Below, one piece after another: positions 23,112 through 35,825 of a stretch of 64,000 nucleotides of DNA; the first letter of the stretch is position 1; each line of letters begins with the position of its first letter. Origin of the DNA: Nemertoderma westbladi (taxonomy: Eukaryota; Animalia; Xenacoelomorpha). The DNA lies in contig JAUCBJ010005028.1 of the NCBI GenBank assembly GCA_032718475.1, positions 1 through 64,000 on the forward strand, read 5' to 3'. Made by a program: the position numbers and the translations under genes. The notes beneath the pieces are model-generated. The model ran no database searches. It was not told where the DNA came from and saw only the letters and a list, made by a program, of their open reading frames with translations.

Positions 23112-23362
23112 GAATACCGGTATGCTTATAGTATATATATAAGTATTATTACAGACTAGGTTTGCCACAGAATACCGGTATATAATTTCGGCACAAATAT
23201 ATATAAATATATAATAGGCCTATCGTGAATACCGGTATACAGCTTACACTTATAGTATATATAAGTATAATTATGGACTAGAATTAATTACAGAATACCG
23301 GTATAACTTCAGCCTAAATTTATAGAAATAAATATGATAAGCCTATTGTAAATACCGGTATG
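23112..23362. repeat. Array of five ATACCGGTAT palindromes with alternating spacers
   Basis: Motif starts at 23114, 23172, 23229, 23295 and 23352. Spacers 1/3 and 2/4 are homologous. Confidence 0.75.
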
Positions 23363-24315
23363 TCAATTATTTTAGAATAATTGAATTTCTGAATTTTAGG
23401 GGTTACTTGGTTACTTTACCTTACTTTATTACCGTTATTTAAGCAGTAGTCCAACTGACATTAAGACCTAATTGTTGTATGACAGGCCTACTATTTATAA
23501 ATCGGTTTGAGTTGATTTATAATATATATACCCGTATAATGGGTTTTGTCAATGTTTGAAATAAATGTTATTATTTCTGGGAAGGAGTCACTACACAGAA
23601 GCTGTGCGCTCTCAGTGAAGTGCTACTTGTTGGACACTAAAACAAATAATTCTAATTTACCTAAGTTACTTAATACTACAAATTACGTACAATTCGGGTG
23701 AGATTACAATCTCTAAATAAACACAAAAATTTACACGTACGAATTTTTAGGGTAATTTTACAAGAAGTCTACAAACCAGCCTAACAAAGGGGTTAGAATA
23801 TCTGGTTATTACAACGGACAGGATACTACAGTATTTGAAAATAATAAAGCAGTAGTAAATATACTGCGTTGTCCAGATAGGAAAAATACCACCGTCTGAC
23901 AACTTATAGCCGTATCGCTATAAGTACTACGTTATGTATCACGGAGTGTTCCTACCTAGAAGTTAATTACCGCGGTCTACCAGAACCAACGTGCCTATTA
24001 ACCACTTTACAACACAAATATACTGCCTATACACTAATTACCTTCGGAAAGCACTGTACACTAAACCCTAAATTAGGTACAAGTACTCATACAACCAATA
24101 ATCAGTAGTTAAAATACTTGAACAGCTAAAAGAACCACGGTATCTGCTGGAGTGACCGGGGCACAAAATCACCAGTCTTTACCTACACCCAGCAGCCCTG
24201 ATGTAGTACCGGGGTTAATTGAACTATAACGGTATATATAACAAGCACAATTACTGTAGGAATAAACTTGGGGATATGAATGTTGCGAATAATCGCATAA
24301 ACTCTGAATAAGAAA

Positions 24316-24890
24316 AGAAATATTACGCTACGCGTACAGACTACTCAAACAAAATGCAGACCAAATACTGACAGACTACTATCAAGCCTAAACAAACTAC
24401 GGTATATGCAGACTCCGAAATGGTTAGTTAGTATGCGTTCTAACCGAGTAGTACGACTTATTCTTTCGAGGGGGTTTACCTCACAGCACTGGAAGCCCCT
24501 ACATTCCCAACTGGCACTTTATCGGATATACACTCTACACACACCGCAATCTCTTCAAACCTAACAACAGCTAGGCAACAATCCAGCCTACAAATTATCT
24601 AAATAAGAAATATTACGCTACCCGTACAGACTACACAAACAAAATACAGACCAAACGCCGGCAGACTACTATCAAGCCTAAACAAACTACAGTATATGCA
24701 GTCTCCGAAATGGTTAGCTAGTATGCGTTCTAACCGAGTAGTACGACTTATTCTTTCGAGGGGGTTTACCTCACAGCACTGGAAGCCCCTACGTTCCCAA
24801 CTAGTACTTTTTCGGACATACGCTCTACACACACTACAGTCCCTTCAGACTTAACAACAGTCAGACAACAGTCCAGCCTACAAATTATCT
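24316..24890. repeat. Tandem duplication of about 290 bp in the element leader
   Basis: AGAAATATTACGCTAC...CAGCCTACAAATTATCT at about 24316-24600 and 24606-24890, with scattered substitutions. Confidence 0.9.
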
Positions 24891-25237
24891 GTACAACCTG
24901 AGCAGGCTTACACGTCTTCTGCTCAATATTGGCCTACAAATAAATAAAACTGACAGAAATAAGTAAAATCCCAATAAAAAACCAGGGCTGCAGTCCGTGA
25001 TTAAATATTAGGGCCTACCGGTATATAATTATCAAAATCGAATAATACTGCTGTACCTGTACTGCTGTAAGTACCGGTCCGAGTGGTTAGGTAGTCAGGC
25101 CTACTGGGTACCGGTTGCCGGTACTTCAGCTTTATTGCCTACTGCAATACAGAAGCAATAACCGTTATTGTTCTTACCAGAACAATATTAAACTGTATTT
25201 ATTGCCTACACTGCAATCTGAAATCAATATCTGTTAT

Positions 25238-26486
25238 TGTTCGCGCTTTCAGACCTTTAGCAGTTTAACCTGCCAAATTTGGATGTCTTCTAGATAATAA
25301 ATCGAATTTAGCCTATGACGAGTATTTGATACACTACATTAGCCGAAGCCAGTCTATGCGCGACCATTCACCCGCTGGATATACCCGGGAGACTGGATTC
25401 GGAAGCCTAACCTTATTGCTGTGTAGGCCTACTGTATTATTCGACTGATCGTAATATATAATCTCTGACAAATATTATTCACTTTCGGGAAATATTAACA
25501 GTTCCTTTAGGACGTGGCGCTCTAAATATGTAAACAGAGTTATGACTTAAACTAGACACAACGGGATGGCTATGGATTCACGTATATAGCGCATTCTTTA
25601 GGAGATGCTTTGTTATCAGTCACAATCATACACACTACTGCACAATGCTGCACACCGATCTGCCGACCTTCACTAATTTTAGTCACATATAAAGAGAACA
25701 ACAACCGACTAATGTAGTGCCTATGAAATAGCATTAGATTCAATCCAAAACCACTTTAATGTAAGTCGCAATTGTTATATGTAACCGGGCTCTCTTACCT
25801 TCAGTATATCAAGAAGATTGAGGGTTTTATAATTATTTATCGATATTCCAAATATAATAATATTCCATCAACTGATATAATGAATAACCGACAGTAAATA
25901 GCAGTAAAAATGCGGTGTTTGTAGTTGACAATATGATTAGGTGAGTTATGTTATGATTGATTTGTTAAGATAACAGATATACGTTTCTATGATTAAGCCT
26001 GCTAATGTTGGGCTAAAGCCTGAAACAACAGAGATTCCAAAGCCGGTCTTCTAGGCTCGGGAAAACCAACACAACTGATCCCTCTGGGCTGTTGTAGGTA
26101 TCTTTCAACACAAAGAGAAACAGCTCTCATTGGCCGAGTTCCAGATTCTGTAGGTTCCACGAATGTCTAAATGCCGAACTATTCGGGTTTTTGCAGCCCA
26201 TATTCAACACAAGGCGAAATCGCTCTGATTGGTGGATCATTGTTCTGATTGGTTGATCGAACAGAACAAAGAGCCTATAGGCGTACAGCAAATCGGTTGG
26301 TAGATTGCGTCATTTGAGTTAGGTAGTTTAGAGTATTTGAGCACATTGTGGGAAAACTGGCTTTTTATGTCCGCTAAAGCACACATGCAGACACAGCGGA
26401 TAAATCGCTAGTTATGTCCTCTAAAAACACCTTACACAGTACATTGCGGAGAAAAGGGCCAGTTATATCCCGCAAAAGCTTTTACA
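25238..26486 (-). repeat. 5' LTR
   Basis: 1249 bp, TG...CA. CCAAT boxes on the minus strand (ATTGG on plus at about 26129, 26228 and 26248). Confidence 0.95.
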
Positions 26487-26494
26487 TGCTCCTC

Positions 26495-27680
26495 TGATAT
26501 TACAGACCGTAACAAATTTGGCAGCTTGTACGATGAATTCCATTTTATTTGTAAAAATAACCTCCCTCTCATGCCCATTCCCAAAAAGGTTGTCGCTAAA
26601 AAACCGTGACTTACCCGTGGACTACTGTTCGCCATTCGTAAAAAAAAATGTTATATGATGTTATGACAAACAAAAACAAAAAAATCCTAGTAGTGATAAT
26701 CACTCTATCTTTAAATCATGTCGCAACAAATTAACTAGCTTACTTAGAACTGCTGAAAAAGAAATACTACGAATCCCAATTTACTACTAATTCGAATAAT
26801 ATACTATTAACACTTCTAAATCGCTCTAATAGTCCTCAGTTCCTAAACAACTACAGTCCAGATCTCCCACGACGGCTCAACCTATTACGTGTCCAGTTCT
26901 ATTGCCATAGCTAATCATTTTAATTATTTTTTTCTACCATCGGTTCTGTCTTAGCTTCCCAACTCCCCTCCTCTTCCCGTGACCCAACTCGCCACATTTG
27001 CCAACCTCGACCTAACTCTTTAATAAGATCCATTATAATGTTCTGCAACTCCGTGAAACTTCCTCCTCGAACGACGAATTCCCACTAACTTTAGCTATTC
27101 TTGCTGCTCCTTATACCTTTTCACACCTCGCGACATTGATTAACCGAAGTATACGACGAGGCCATTTTCCAAATTATCACTCAAGTAATAATCCAAATAA
27201 TCACTCACTCGAGGTGTCGAAACACATACCAGGCCATAAAGGTGGTGACCCATTTCTTACCTCGAACTGCCGTCCCATATCCTTACTCTCTGTTTTTTAC
27301 AAAATTTTTGAGTCTGTAATTTACTCACAATTAATTTCTTATATAGACAAATATAATGGGCTATCTCTCAATCAATTTGGATTTCGTTTGAAATACAGAC
27401 GCCAGAGCTCATGTCTGTTTGTTGATTTAAAAAAAGCTTTCAACAAGTTAGATCATCCCATACTTTTAAAAAAACTGACGTTACATGGCTTTCGTGTGAC
27501 ACCTCTCACAACCGACAGCAGCAATTTTCTATAGATAAGTATCTCTCTCTTCTCTCAGGTCTATTACTTGTGGAATTCTCCAAGGATCGGTCCTCGAGCT
27601 GATCCTATTCTTATTACATATAAACGATCTTCCCAATTGCACTTATTTCTTGGTTACCCTGTTTGCTGAGGACTCAACCC
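26495..27680 (+). mobile_element. Degraded CR1/L2-group LINE ORF2 fragment
   Basis: KKP*LTRGLLFAIRK; NCRPISLLSVFYKIFE..NQFGFR; FVDLKKAF..DHPILLKKL; QGSVL..LFLLHINDL; LFAEDS. Confidence 0.85.
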
Positions 27681-27956
27681 TTATGCGCCATGGGCAGCTT
27701 CTTCTTCCTCTAATCAACTGGTACACACCCACTTGTATACCATATAATACACACCATAAAATATTGTTATTTCTCACGCTCCGATATTATGCTTCCACAA
27801 TATATCACGTAGATGACATATTACTAACAGTTATTTAAGGTATCACTATTTATGCAGAGCAATTTTTTATCCTTTTCTCAAAATATGGTAAATTCTTCAA
27901 GGTTTATGTTTTTTAACCTACAGTATATTTTACTCACTAACATACTTATAATTTAG

Positions 27957-28122
27957 GAATCTGTAGATGAACTGAAACTGAAGATACCGACATGTATATA
28001 CGCAAACGATAAAGATGCGGAGATAGGCTCCATTATTTTAATGGTTGATATCCGGTCGCTTGGATTTGAGGAAAAGTGTCATATGATGGAAATAGGGTTT
28101 ACAAAACGAGAATTTAATAAAG
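27957..28122 (+). CDS. EcKL coding exon 2
   Basis: atttag|GAA; ESVDELKLKIPTCIYA...ILMVDIRSLGF; donor G|gtgggt (phase 1). Confidence 0.8.
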
Positions 28123-28758
28123 GTGGGTACTTTAGCAATAAGTTGTCAGTTGCAGTTTACATTTTGGTGATTGGCAGCACCGATGGTATGAGATTTTCCG
28201 CAGAAAGTTTCTCACTTCGTAAAGTTTTTAATGAGTTTAAATATACAGTAAGTTTGTGTTCCAGATTCCAATAGCTAGTTGTTTTAACAGGAGGTTATTT
28301 TTCTAAATCTTACATTTTCGATATTTGAGTAAGAGCGCTGATAACTCTACGTCACTCGTTGATAACACGGACTTTACTAATAAACGTTTTTAATGATCAG
28401 AGCTTGGCCACAGATCGCCACGCATGGCTTGGCTATGCGTCAACATCATCGCGTTATAATCGCTCCAAAATTAATATGATATGTAACCGCAAGGATAAGG
28501 CTTTTCAAACATCTCATTATACAGATTGTCATTAGTTAGTTTGGCTGTCCTTCTTTGTGGGTTGGCTTTCATGGGGAGTGTTTAATTTTGACTGTTTAAT
28601 TTCCCATTCTGGCTCCCTTTCTGTATCTGACTGCATTTAATTCCAGCTACCAAAACTAAAATTATTTTGCCTACCACAGATTTCGCCAGAAGAATGGGTT
28701 TTCAAAATGAATTTTCAAATTGATAAAATAATTACTTTTTATTTGATTTTGTCTTTAG

Positions 28759-28921
28759 TTATTGATGAATTGGCGAAAATCCACGCCATTGGATATGCTG
28801 TAAAGGAGTTTAAACCTGAGATGATTAAAGAGTTTGGGATTGATTGTCACGCAGCACTCGTAAAGTTAGTTACTTTGCAGAATTCGGATGAATTTGTTAT
28901 TCAAGAAAGAAAAGCTTGGAG
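28759..28921 (+). CDS. EcKL coding exon 3
   Basis: ctttag|TT; VIDELAKIHAIGY motif; donor AG|gtaacg (phase 2). Confidence 0.85.
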
Positions 28922-29023
28922 GTAACGTGGGAAATATATTGCATAATTAGTATTTCACTTCGAAATATCACATCCAATATAATCGATCAACCATCAAATA
29001 ATAAATAATAACGCATTCATATA

Positions 29024-31160
29024 GGATCTAGGACAATTCGGTCCCGGACAATTCGGTCCGGAAATTTCGGTCCCGGTCAATTTGGTCCGGAAAATTCAGT
29101 GCCGTACAATTCGGTCCCAAAACACTAAATAAATGTGACCGAATTGCCCAGGACCGAATTGTCCGGTTCCTGATAGAAACGTTTGAGCGTTTTTTAAAGT
29201 TTATTTGATATTGGTGAATGTTCTAGAACATTAGTAGATATATTTTTATGGTAGCTAGAATTTTTGAAATGTAAAAAATACTGTATTTTTGTTATTGGTA
29301 AGTGTTCGAGAACATTACTATATATTATTTAATAAGTTAGCTAGTGTTTTTTTACTAGCTAGTATTTCTTGGAAATTATATAAAAATTTATGAAAAAATT
29401 AATATTTCATAATTAGGTCTAAACTGTTGCAGAATATATTAATTACCAAAAATAGTGATGATATTATAGCAGTTTAAACTGAACATCGTTTGGCGGTATA
29501 GTTTTTTTTAATCTAAATTCAGCAAAGTGTCCCTGAATGAGATCCAGCTATTATCTAGGATAATAATTTAGGCTCGTTAACCAACCAACAACACGCAACA
29601 TATTGAAAAAATCAGTTTTAATCATTTTAAATACATACTAGGCATTACTATGTTATGGGTACCCACTTTTTAACCAATATTTTTCAAATTGAAACGGCTT
29701 TTATCATGAGGTTTTTTGTTCTAGAACAAATATTTAACCTTCTGCCAGGAAGATGTTAGGCCGCGTTCACACTACCGAGTCAAAGTCAAAGTCAAAAGAA
29801 AATAAATACAGCTAGCTAGCAATAATAAATAATAATACATTATATAGGCCCAATATAATACATAAGGGGATTCTAGAAAATATTTAATTTCCTGTGATTA
29901 TGTTTTACATTTTGTCTTTTGACTTTGACTTTGACTCAGTAGTGTGAACGCGGCCTTAGCCAGTAATTTTGATTTTGTGTTAGCTAGTACTTTTTATTAG
30001 CTAGTGAAAAAAATTATAATTGAAAAATTGAAAAAAAAATTTGACCTGCTTTATCTTGTATTGTAAAAATGCCTTTTATTATGAGTTTTTTTGTTCTAGA
30101 ACAAATATTTGACCTTCTGACTGTAAGATGGAAGCTAAGTACCGGTACTTTTGATTTTGTGTTTAGTACTATTTATTAGCTAGTAAAAATTTAAATTAAA
30201 AAAAATTTAAAATATAATTTAATTCTCAATTATATATTTGCCTGGAATAATTTATGAGTCTCATGGTAGCTAGTAATTTTTATTTGATAGTCAAGGTAGG
30301 TCTAGCTAGTTATTATTCACTACCGGTAGCTAGTTTTTTTTATACTAACTATAGGCATATGTCAAAATACAGTTTTTACTATTCAGAAATGTAAATTATA
30401 TACATTTTTATTATACTCAGTCAGAACACTACCGTTGCTTAAAGGACTAGTTTATCGTGTTTTAATAATATTATTATGTTGATCTTTTCCAGAGCATCTA
30501 AAAAATTTCTAGATTTTTTAACCTTTTTATTAGTCATTTCGAGAATATATTAATGATATGGAAATTGTATAAATAAAAGGGGCACTACAATTCTTCTTTT
30601 GTACCAAAAATTTGGTTATGAAATTTTAAACAACCTAACAACGTAACTACCTAAAAAAAACACTAGCTACCATAAAAAAAACAATAGCTAACGTCTCACA
30701 GAATTTGACATTTATGTTCTAAAACAAAAAAACCTCATGATAATAGCAATTAACATGGTCAAATAAATGTTCAAAAAGTGGGTACCGGTACCCATAACAT
30801 AGTAATGCCACATACTACAGTATTACTAGCTAGTAAATAATTCAAAAGCTCCATAAAAACACCATATACCGGTAGCTGCTACCATACAGTACTAAAAATG
30901 TTAACAAAACGATAACAATTTTTTAGTTTCAAAAAAATTCTAGCTAGTAAAAAAACATCTATTAGGGTTGCTAGAACATTCACCATTATATACTGTAGTA
31001 CCAATTAAATTTGGTCACTGACAATTCGGTCCCGGACAATTCGGTCCCATAAATAGGTATGTTTTGGGACCGAATTGCCCTAGTCAGTATCCGGACAATT
31101 CGGTCCCCGGGAATTCAGTCCCAAAACACAAAATTAATGGGACCGAATTGTCCTGCTTCC
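29024..31160. mobile_element. Non-autonomous MULE/foldback DNA transposon
   Basis: 9-bp TSD ATTCATATA (29015-29023, 31161-31169), GG...CC termini, subterminal GGACAATTCGGTCC repeats and long diverged inverted arms. Confidence 0.85.
29759..29955. mobile_element. PIF/Harbinger-type MITE nested in the MULE
   Basis: GGCCGCGTTCACACTA...TAGTGTGAACGCGGCC TIRs with TTA TSD and (GTCAAA)n subterminal repeats. Confidence 0.85.
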
Positions 31161-32811
31161 ATTCATATAATTCATTCCTAATTCAATTGTTTCTCGAATT
31201 AATCATGATCATATCGAATCCAATTCCAACATTGTATCAATGAACATTCATCTACATTAAATATATATGATATAATACATTATGATAATGCTCTCCATAG
31301 CGAAAAATTTCAACCGATCCTACTTGGGCTCGAACCCGGTACCTAGGTTAATTCTACATTATTATTGTTTCTCCATTACATTACCAGCCCTGATATCTCA
31401 GGTTATACAAGGTCTATATAATGTTATATAATGTGCATAATAGTATATAATATATACATAATGTGATATTGAAGTAATAATCATACCAGTATGATATTAT
31501 TCACTCATTAACCAGAAGAGACCTTCATGAAGTTCATTTTTCCTTACTTATGATTGAACTCTGCCTAAAACAATGGTGATCTGAAAAGTGAGAAGATCAT
31601 TTCTTATTATATTAGCAATTTTTACAGTTACAGGACAACTATTACCTTTATTATTCATATTAATTTATTAACTAACGTCACATCTTATTTGAGTACCTAC
31701 CTACAACAATAACTTAATTAATTATTATTATTGATAACACGTTCGTGGGGCCTTCGCGCAGGACGAGGCCCAGTTATGAGATACAAATTAAAATTGAGCG
31801 ACTGTATCACAAAATCAGTATTTGAGAAATTTAACCATACCGACATTCAATCAAAGAAAGGGGGACAGTACGTGTTCAGCCCTTTTAATCCGCAATAATT
31901 TTTATTGTCCGTTTAAATCCTTTTTTTGTCCTTTTTTTTTTTATTTTTTATGTCCTCCAAAAGTCTAATGTTAGGTTCCATGCTACCGGTTTCTCTACTG
32001 CTGTTCTCTCAGGCTATCAGTACCGGTATTAGTATATATAGCACTATTTTGCTGTATTGTATGTACAGATGTAGGTATAAAGCAGGTATTTAGAATTATT
32101 TAGATTATCTATTATTTAGAATAAAGTAGTACGATTTATTAAAGACTACAAACCTAGTAGTCGAGTAGACGCTTGGTACATTTTACTGACGAACCGTTCT
32201 CCAGCGTATGACTGCAATTTTATTTGCGCATGATGTTGTTCCACATTATAATAATAAATTTTCGCTATAAAGACTTTGGGAAAGGTTGAGCAATTTTTTT
32301 TATTGCCGTTTGTTTGGAGGATAAAATCATAACAAAATTTCCAAAAAAATGTTAATCTATGTAGAGAATGTGTTAGCAACAACATTAAACATTCTAGAAT
32401 ATTATGTTTTTATGATTCAAAACATTGCAGTAATAAGTTACATTTAGGCAATGAAAATAACCTTAAAGAGAGTTGGAGGCAACGAGTGCTTTGACTAAAA
32501 TAATTAAAAATTATTGTGATTAATAGTGACATTTAGTTTTGAGAAAGATTGTCTTATCTGGATCTACCGCCTTATGTAAGGCGATAGATCCAAAAAATCC
32601 AAAAGTTGGAAACGCAAGAAAAATGCAGCGATAGCAATATGAGAAAGGACTTTTGCCATTGATTTGCGAAACAAGATTGCCGCGATACGAAGAATTTGAT
32701 GGAAATTTGAAGATTCCTTTGGATTTGGGAGATGGTGAGCTTGAAGACCTAACTATTTTGGGAACCCGATTCTATCGAAGTTGTTACGTCAATTTTAAAG
32801 GTAATATACTT

Positions 32812-34243
32812 GGCACCACTGTGGAGTGGGTCACCATTTATTTTTTAATTTTATACAATTATATATTTACTATTTTTTACACACACTATAAACATTAGTT
32901 TTGTTTATTAGAATAAGTGAATTTGAAATGTTGCTTGAGTCACTGTGTAGGGAATGATTTCTTGATTAAATCGATTAAATCAGTAAATGGAGAAACTTTG
33001 TGCAGCATCCTCCAACGAAACTCGGCGAGATGGTTTTCGAGCAACAAGTTCTTCGTTCCCCTCTTTTTCCTCATGATCGTTGTTTTGGCGTGGGACCATA
33101 TTCCTTCAATCCGCTGCGTATGGGCGCCCGTGACAACGTTCACAAATCGGCCTTTGCCTTTGATACTATGGTTCACACTTTCGTGTAAATACTTGCCGCT
33201 GCCATCGAGGGCCCTCCATGGCCTTGTATTGCTAGTGATTCCCACAGTCTTACCACAGTAAGCGGCCCACTCGTCACTATGGATTAGGGTCCCTCCTTTA
33301 ACGTTGGCTTCCACTATTGGGCGTAAGGTCAGCATGTTTCGACGTTGAACATAAAACAATCGGACATCCACTTGGCCACCTGGGGATTTACATACAATTC
33401 CGAAAATCCACGGTCCATTTACCCGTTTACCATAATTCCTTGCCGATGTATTGAATTGACCGACTCGTTTATTGTAGATCTTTTTGACTCGTTTATTGTA
33501 GATCTTTCTCCTTCTTGTTACATCCCCGAGCAGCTTCCTCCCACGATTATACTTACGCTTACCGCGAAAGATCGATTCGTCGATCTGGACTGTCATCCCA
33601 ACTCCCCCCATTGGCTCAGCGTTATGCATGTCACTATTCATTAGTTCCCGAATGAAATTATGCCAATCAACGAATGTATGGTCGTTGATTCCTCCGATCA
33701 TTCCATTGAGCATCAGGTGTGCTGTGTTCAAAGTAATGTCTTGAAGAAACATAAACGTAATCCATAGAATCTGGGATACTAGTAGTTTAGATGCACCAAA
33801 CCACGTCCCGTTTCTTGCCGATAATTGGTGTCTTTGTGGCCCTTTGCAACGCCACATTAGACAAGTACCTCCGTGTTTTGTACGTCTAAAAATGTGGGCA
33901 GAGTAGCTACAACCAACATGTTTGCAAGAACTTTTACTAGTGGGTATGGGTAACAGGCCACAGGATTGTGCAAATGTTATCGCACTCCCCTCATCTTTTA
34001 AATTTTGGGAAATTTCTATAATATTTAAATCAGTGGACTGTCTCGAATATAAATGTCTTTGAATGTTTGTACTCATAATGTCAAAAAACACAAATGAATC
34101 TTTAAAATATGAAATGAATATAAACGTTCTAGAATTGTGTTGTAGTTGGAAACAATATTTAAATAAACTTAGTACACTTATAATATCGGTTAATATACAC
34201 AATAAAAAAAAATTAAAATGGTGACCCACTCCACAGTGGTGCC
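32812..34243 (-). mobile_element. Merlin (IS1016/IS1595-like) DNA transposon, apparently intact
   Basis: Perfect TIRs GGCACCACTGTGGAGTGGGTCACCATTT; 9-bp TSD AATATACTT (32803-32811, 34244-34252). Confidence 0.95.
32940..34076 (-). CDS. Merlin DDE transposase (ISXO2-like), 378 aa
   Basis: ATG at 34076. VQIDES..KRKYNRGR, WIFG, IHSDEWAAY, VNHS..FV..TGAHTQRIEGIW; N-terminal Zn-ribbon-like C..C/WRC..H. Confidence 0.93.
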   Translation of the reverse strand: MSTNIQRHLYSRQSTDLNIIEISQNLKDEGSAITFAQSCGLLPIPTSKSSCKHVGCSYSAHIFRRTKHGGTCLMWRCKGPQRHQLSARNGTWFGASKLLVSQILWITFMFLQDITLNTAHLMLNGMIGGINDHTFVDWHNFIRELMNSDMHNAEPMGGVGMTVQIDESIFRGKRKYNRGRKLLGDVTRRRKIYNKRVKKIYNKRVGQFNTSARNYGKRVNGPWIFGIVCKSPGGQVDVRLFYVQRRNMLTLRPIVEANVKGGTLIHSDEWAAYCGKTVGITSNTRPWRALDGSGKYLHESVNHSIKGKGRFVNVVTGAHTQRIEGIWSHAKTTIMRKKRGTKNLLLENHLAEFRWRMLHKVSPFTDLIDLIKKSFPTQ

Positions 34244-34634
34244 AATATACTTAATGTACACCACCTTTTAATATATAGAATATTGTATAATACTTATATT
34301 TAAAAAGACTTGTATTTTCGCTTTACAATTGTTGTTGGAAAAGAATTTTAAAACGTCTCCATCACCACGGCCCTATCAAGCATTATTGATCATTTTATAA
34401 TACTTTTTTTGTAGCTATTTTTAAGTTTTGATACATATAAATGTTCTGGAACATATTGCCGTTACCAAACATTTATACAATATTATTGTATTTTTTTTAA
34501 ATATTTCAGATTTTATTTATTTATTTTAAAATATGGCAGATTTTTTTTGTTATGAAAGAAATATTTTTTCAACTTTATTTGTTTATAACATAGGCCTATA
34601 TAAAAAAAAATGTGAATAAAACGCAACATAAAAG

Positions 34635-35730
34635 AGCAACATTCTCTAAGTGAGGCCTAATCCTATATAGAATCATTTTATTGCATATTTTGGCAGCTAC
34701 CACAAGCAGACAGATCCCACGACAGTTTGTTGGTATACCGAGGTCTCCTTTCTTGGGGAGAGGCTTTAGTTGACCTTTAGTCCAAATTGGTGTTGGCTTT
34801 TCCCCTTTTAACATCCGCTTGCAAACATTCAATAATGGTCTTTTTAGCACTCCAGTTTTCCATACCTCTTCAGGGATTTCACCTAATCCACTACTCGCTT
34901 TATAATTGGACATGCTTTTAATACTTCTTTGGAGTTCGGCAGGTGCCTAGTTGTTTAGCTTTCTCAACCTTGTTGATGTTTTCGGCTGTTGGTTGTTCAG
35001 TTTTTACTTTGGAGTAGGAGTATCTTAACATCTTCTCTCTTGCGGTTTTGAACTTCTACTGTGTAAGCTTCCTTTACTGCATTGTCAGTTCTGAGTTTCT
35101 CCCAGTTATAGTTGATTTGCTTGCTTGTCCTGAGTTTACTGGCTCTCAAACTGTGTCTGAGCTCTGCAGTCTGGTCTGGTCCGAACAAATTAGGTTGAAC
35201 GAGCTGACTACTGTATGCCTCGCAGTTAAATGTCCATCCTTACTCTTTTCGAATCTGGTGTTTGTAGGTATCAATGACTTTATAAGCCCTTTCAAATCGC
35301 CTAGTCCTTGACTGTTTGTTCTGTCTCTGATGCATTGTTGGTTGGACTGTAGCAACACATTGCTGTTGTCTTGTGATTCCCACCAAAAATGTTGTAATTA
35401 TATTAGTTTATGATCCTGGAATTTTTATATTCGATGGGGTTTAGTGTCAGAAGTGTAAATGGACTTAGGAGAATTCATACTCAACCAATTGAAACTTTGA
35501 CCGAATTGCTTTCTGCTGAATTTGCAGACTGGAAGTGGATGGACGTTATAAACGTCCATTTCAAATGTCATTCATTATACTTGATGGCAATGTCTCATGA
35601 CTAATCTGATATTCTTGAATACAAATGATGTCGATGTAATTTTCCATTGCCAGAGCTGCAATAATGTTTGATAAGCAGTTTTAGAGTGCGGCGTTCATTG
35701 TAGCAATATTTAGTGTCTTTCTAAGTTTCA
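34635..35730 (-). mobile_element. RTE-clade LINE remnant (endonuclease to RT N-terminus)
   Basis: IPEEVWK...WTKG..PLPKKGDL..PTNCRGICLL..AAKI.NKMIL.RIRP; YNWEKL..VEVQNR. Many frameshifts. Confidence 0.8.
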
Positions 35731-35754
35731 ACAGGTTGGTTCTCATTCTGATCG

Positions 35755-35825
35755 ACCTTCTTTCATTCACTGGGGTCGATAAAATGAGTACCTGTTGAAT
35801 TACTGGGAATAAACCTTGGGATACG
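35755..35825 (+). mobile_element. Fragment resembling the Meta-SINE central domain
   Basis: CTTTCATTCACTGGGGTCGATAAAATGAGTACC resembles the conserved CTTTCATCC..GGTCGATAAAATGAGTACC core (recalled, not searched). Confidence 0.4.

Larger units (their letters stand above)
13999..26486 (-). mobile_element. BEL/Pao LTR retrotransposon, non-autonomous (no RT or integrase), 12,488 bp, in EcKL intron 1
   Basis: Two 1249-bp LTRs (TG...CA), TSD TGCTC at 13994-13998 and 26487-26491, DUF1759-like Gag, three Cys/His knuckles and an aspartic protease. Confidence 0.95.

Noticed and set aside
30780-30793. GGTACCGGTACC as evidence of a TA-CCGG-TA footprint
   Set aside because: Equally explained as a simple 6-bp tandem duplication; the 30140 site was used instead.
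32545-32802. Possible transposase N-terminal remnant flanking the Merlin
   Set aside because: Only a weak FYRSCY-type resemblance; no termini or catalytic motifs found.
34077-34229. N-terminal extension of the Merlin ORF
   Set aside because: Starts at a GTG inside the TIR and is AT-rich; the ATG at 34076 is more plausible.
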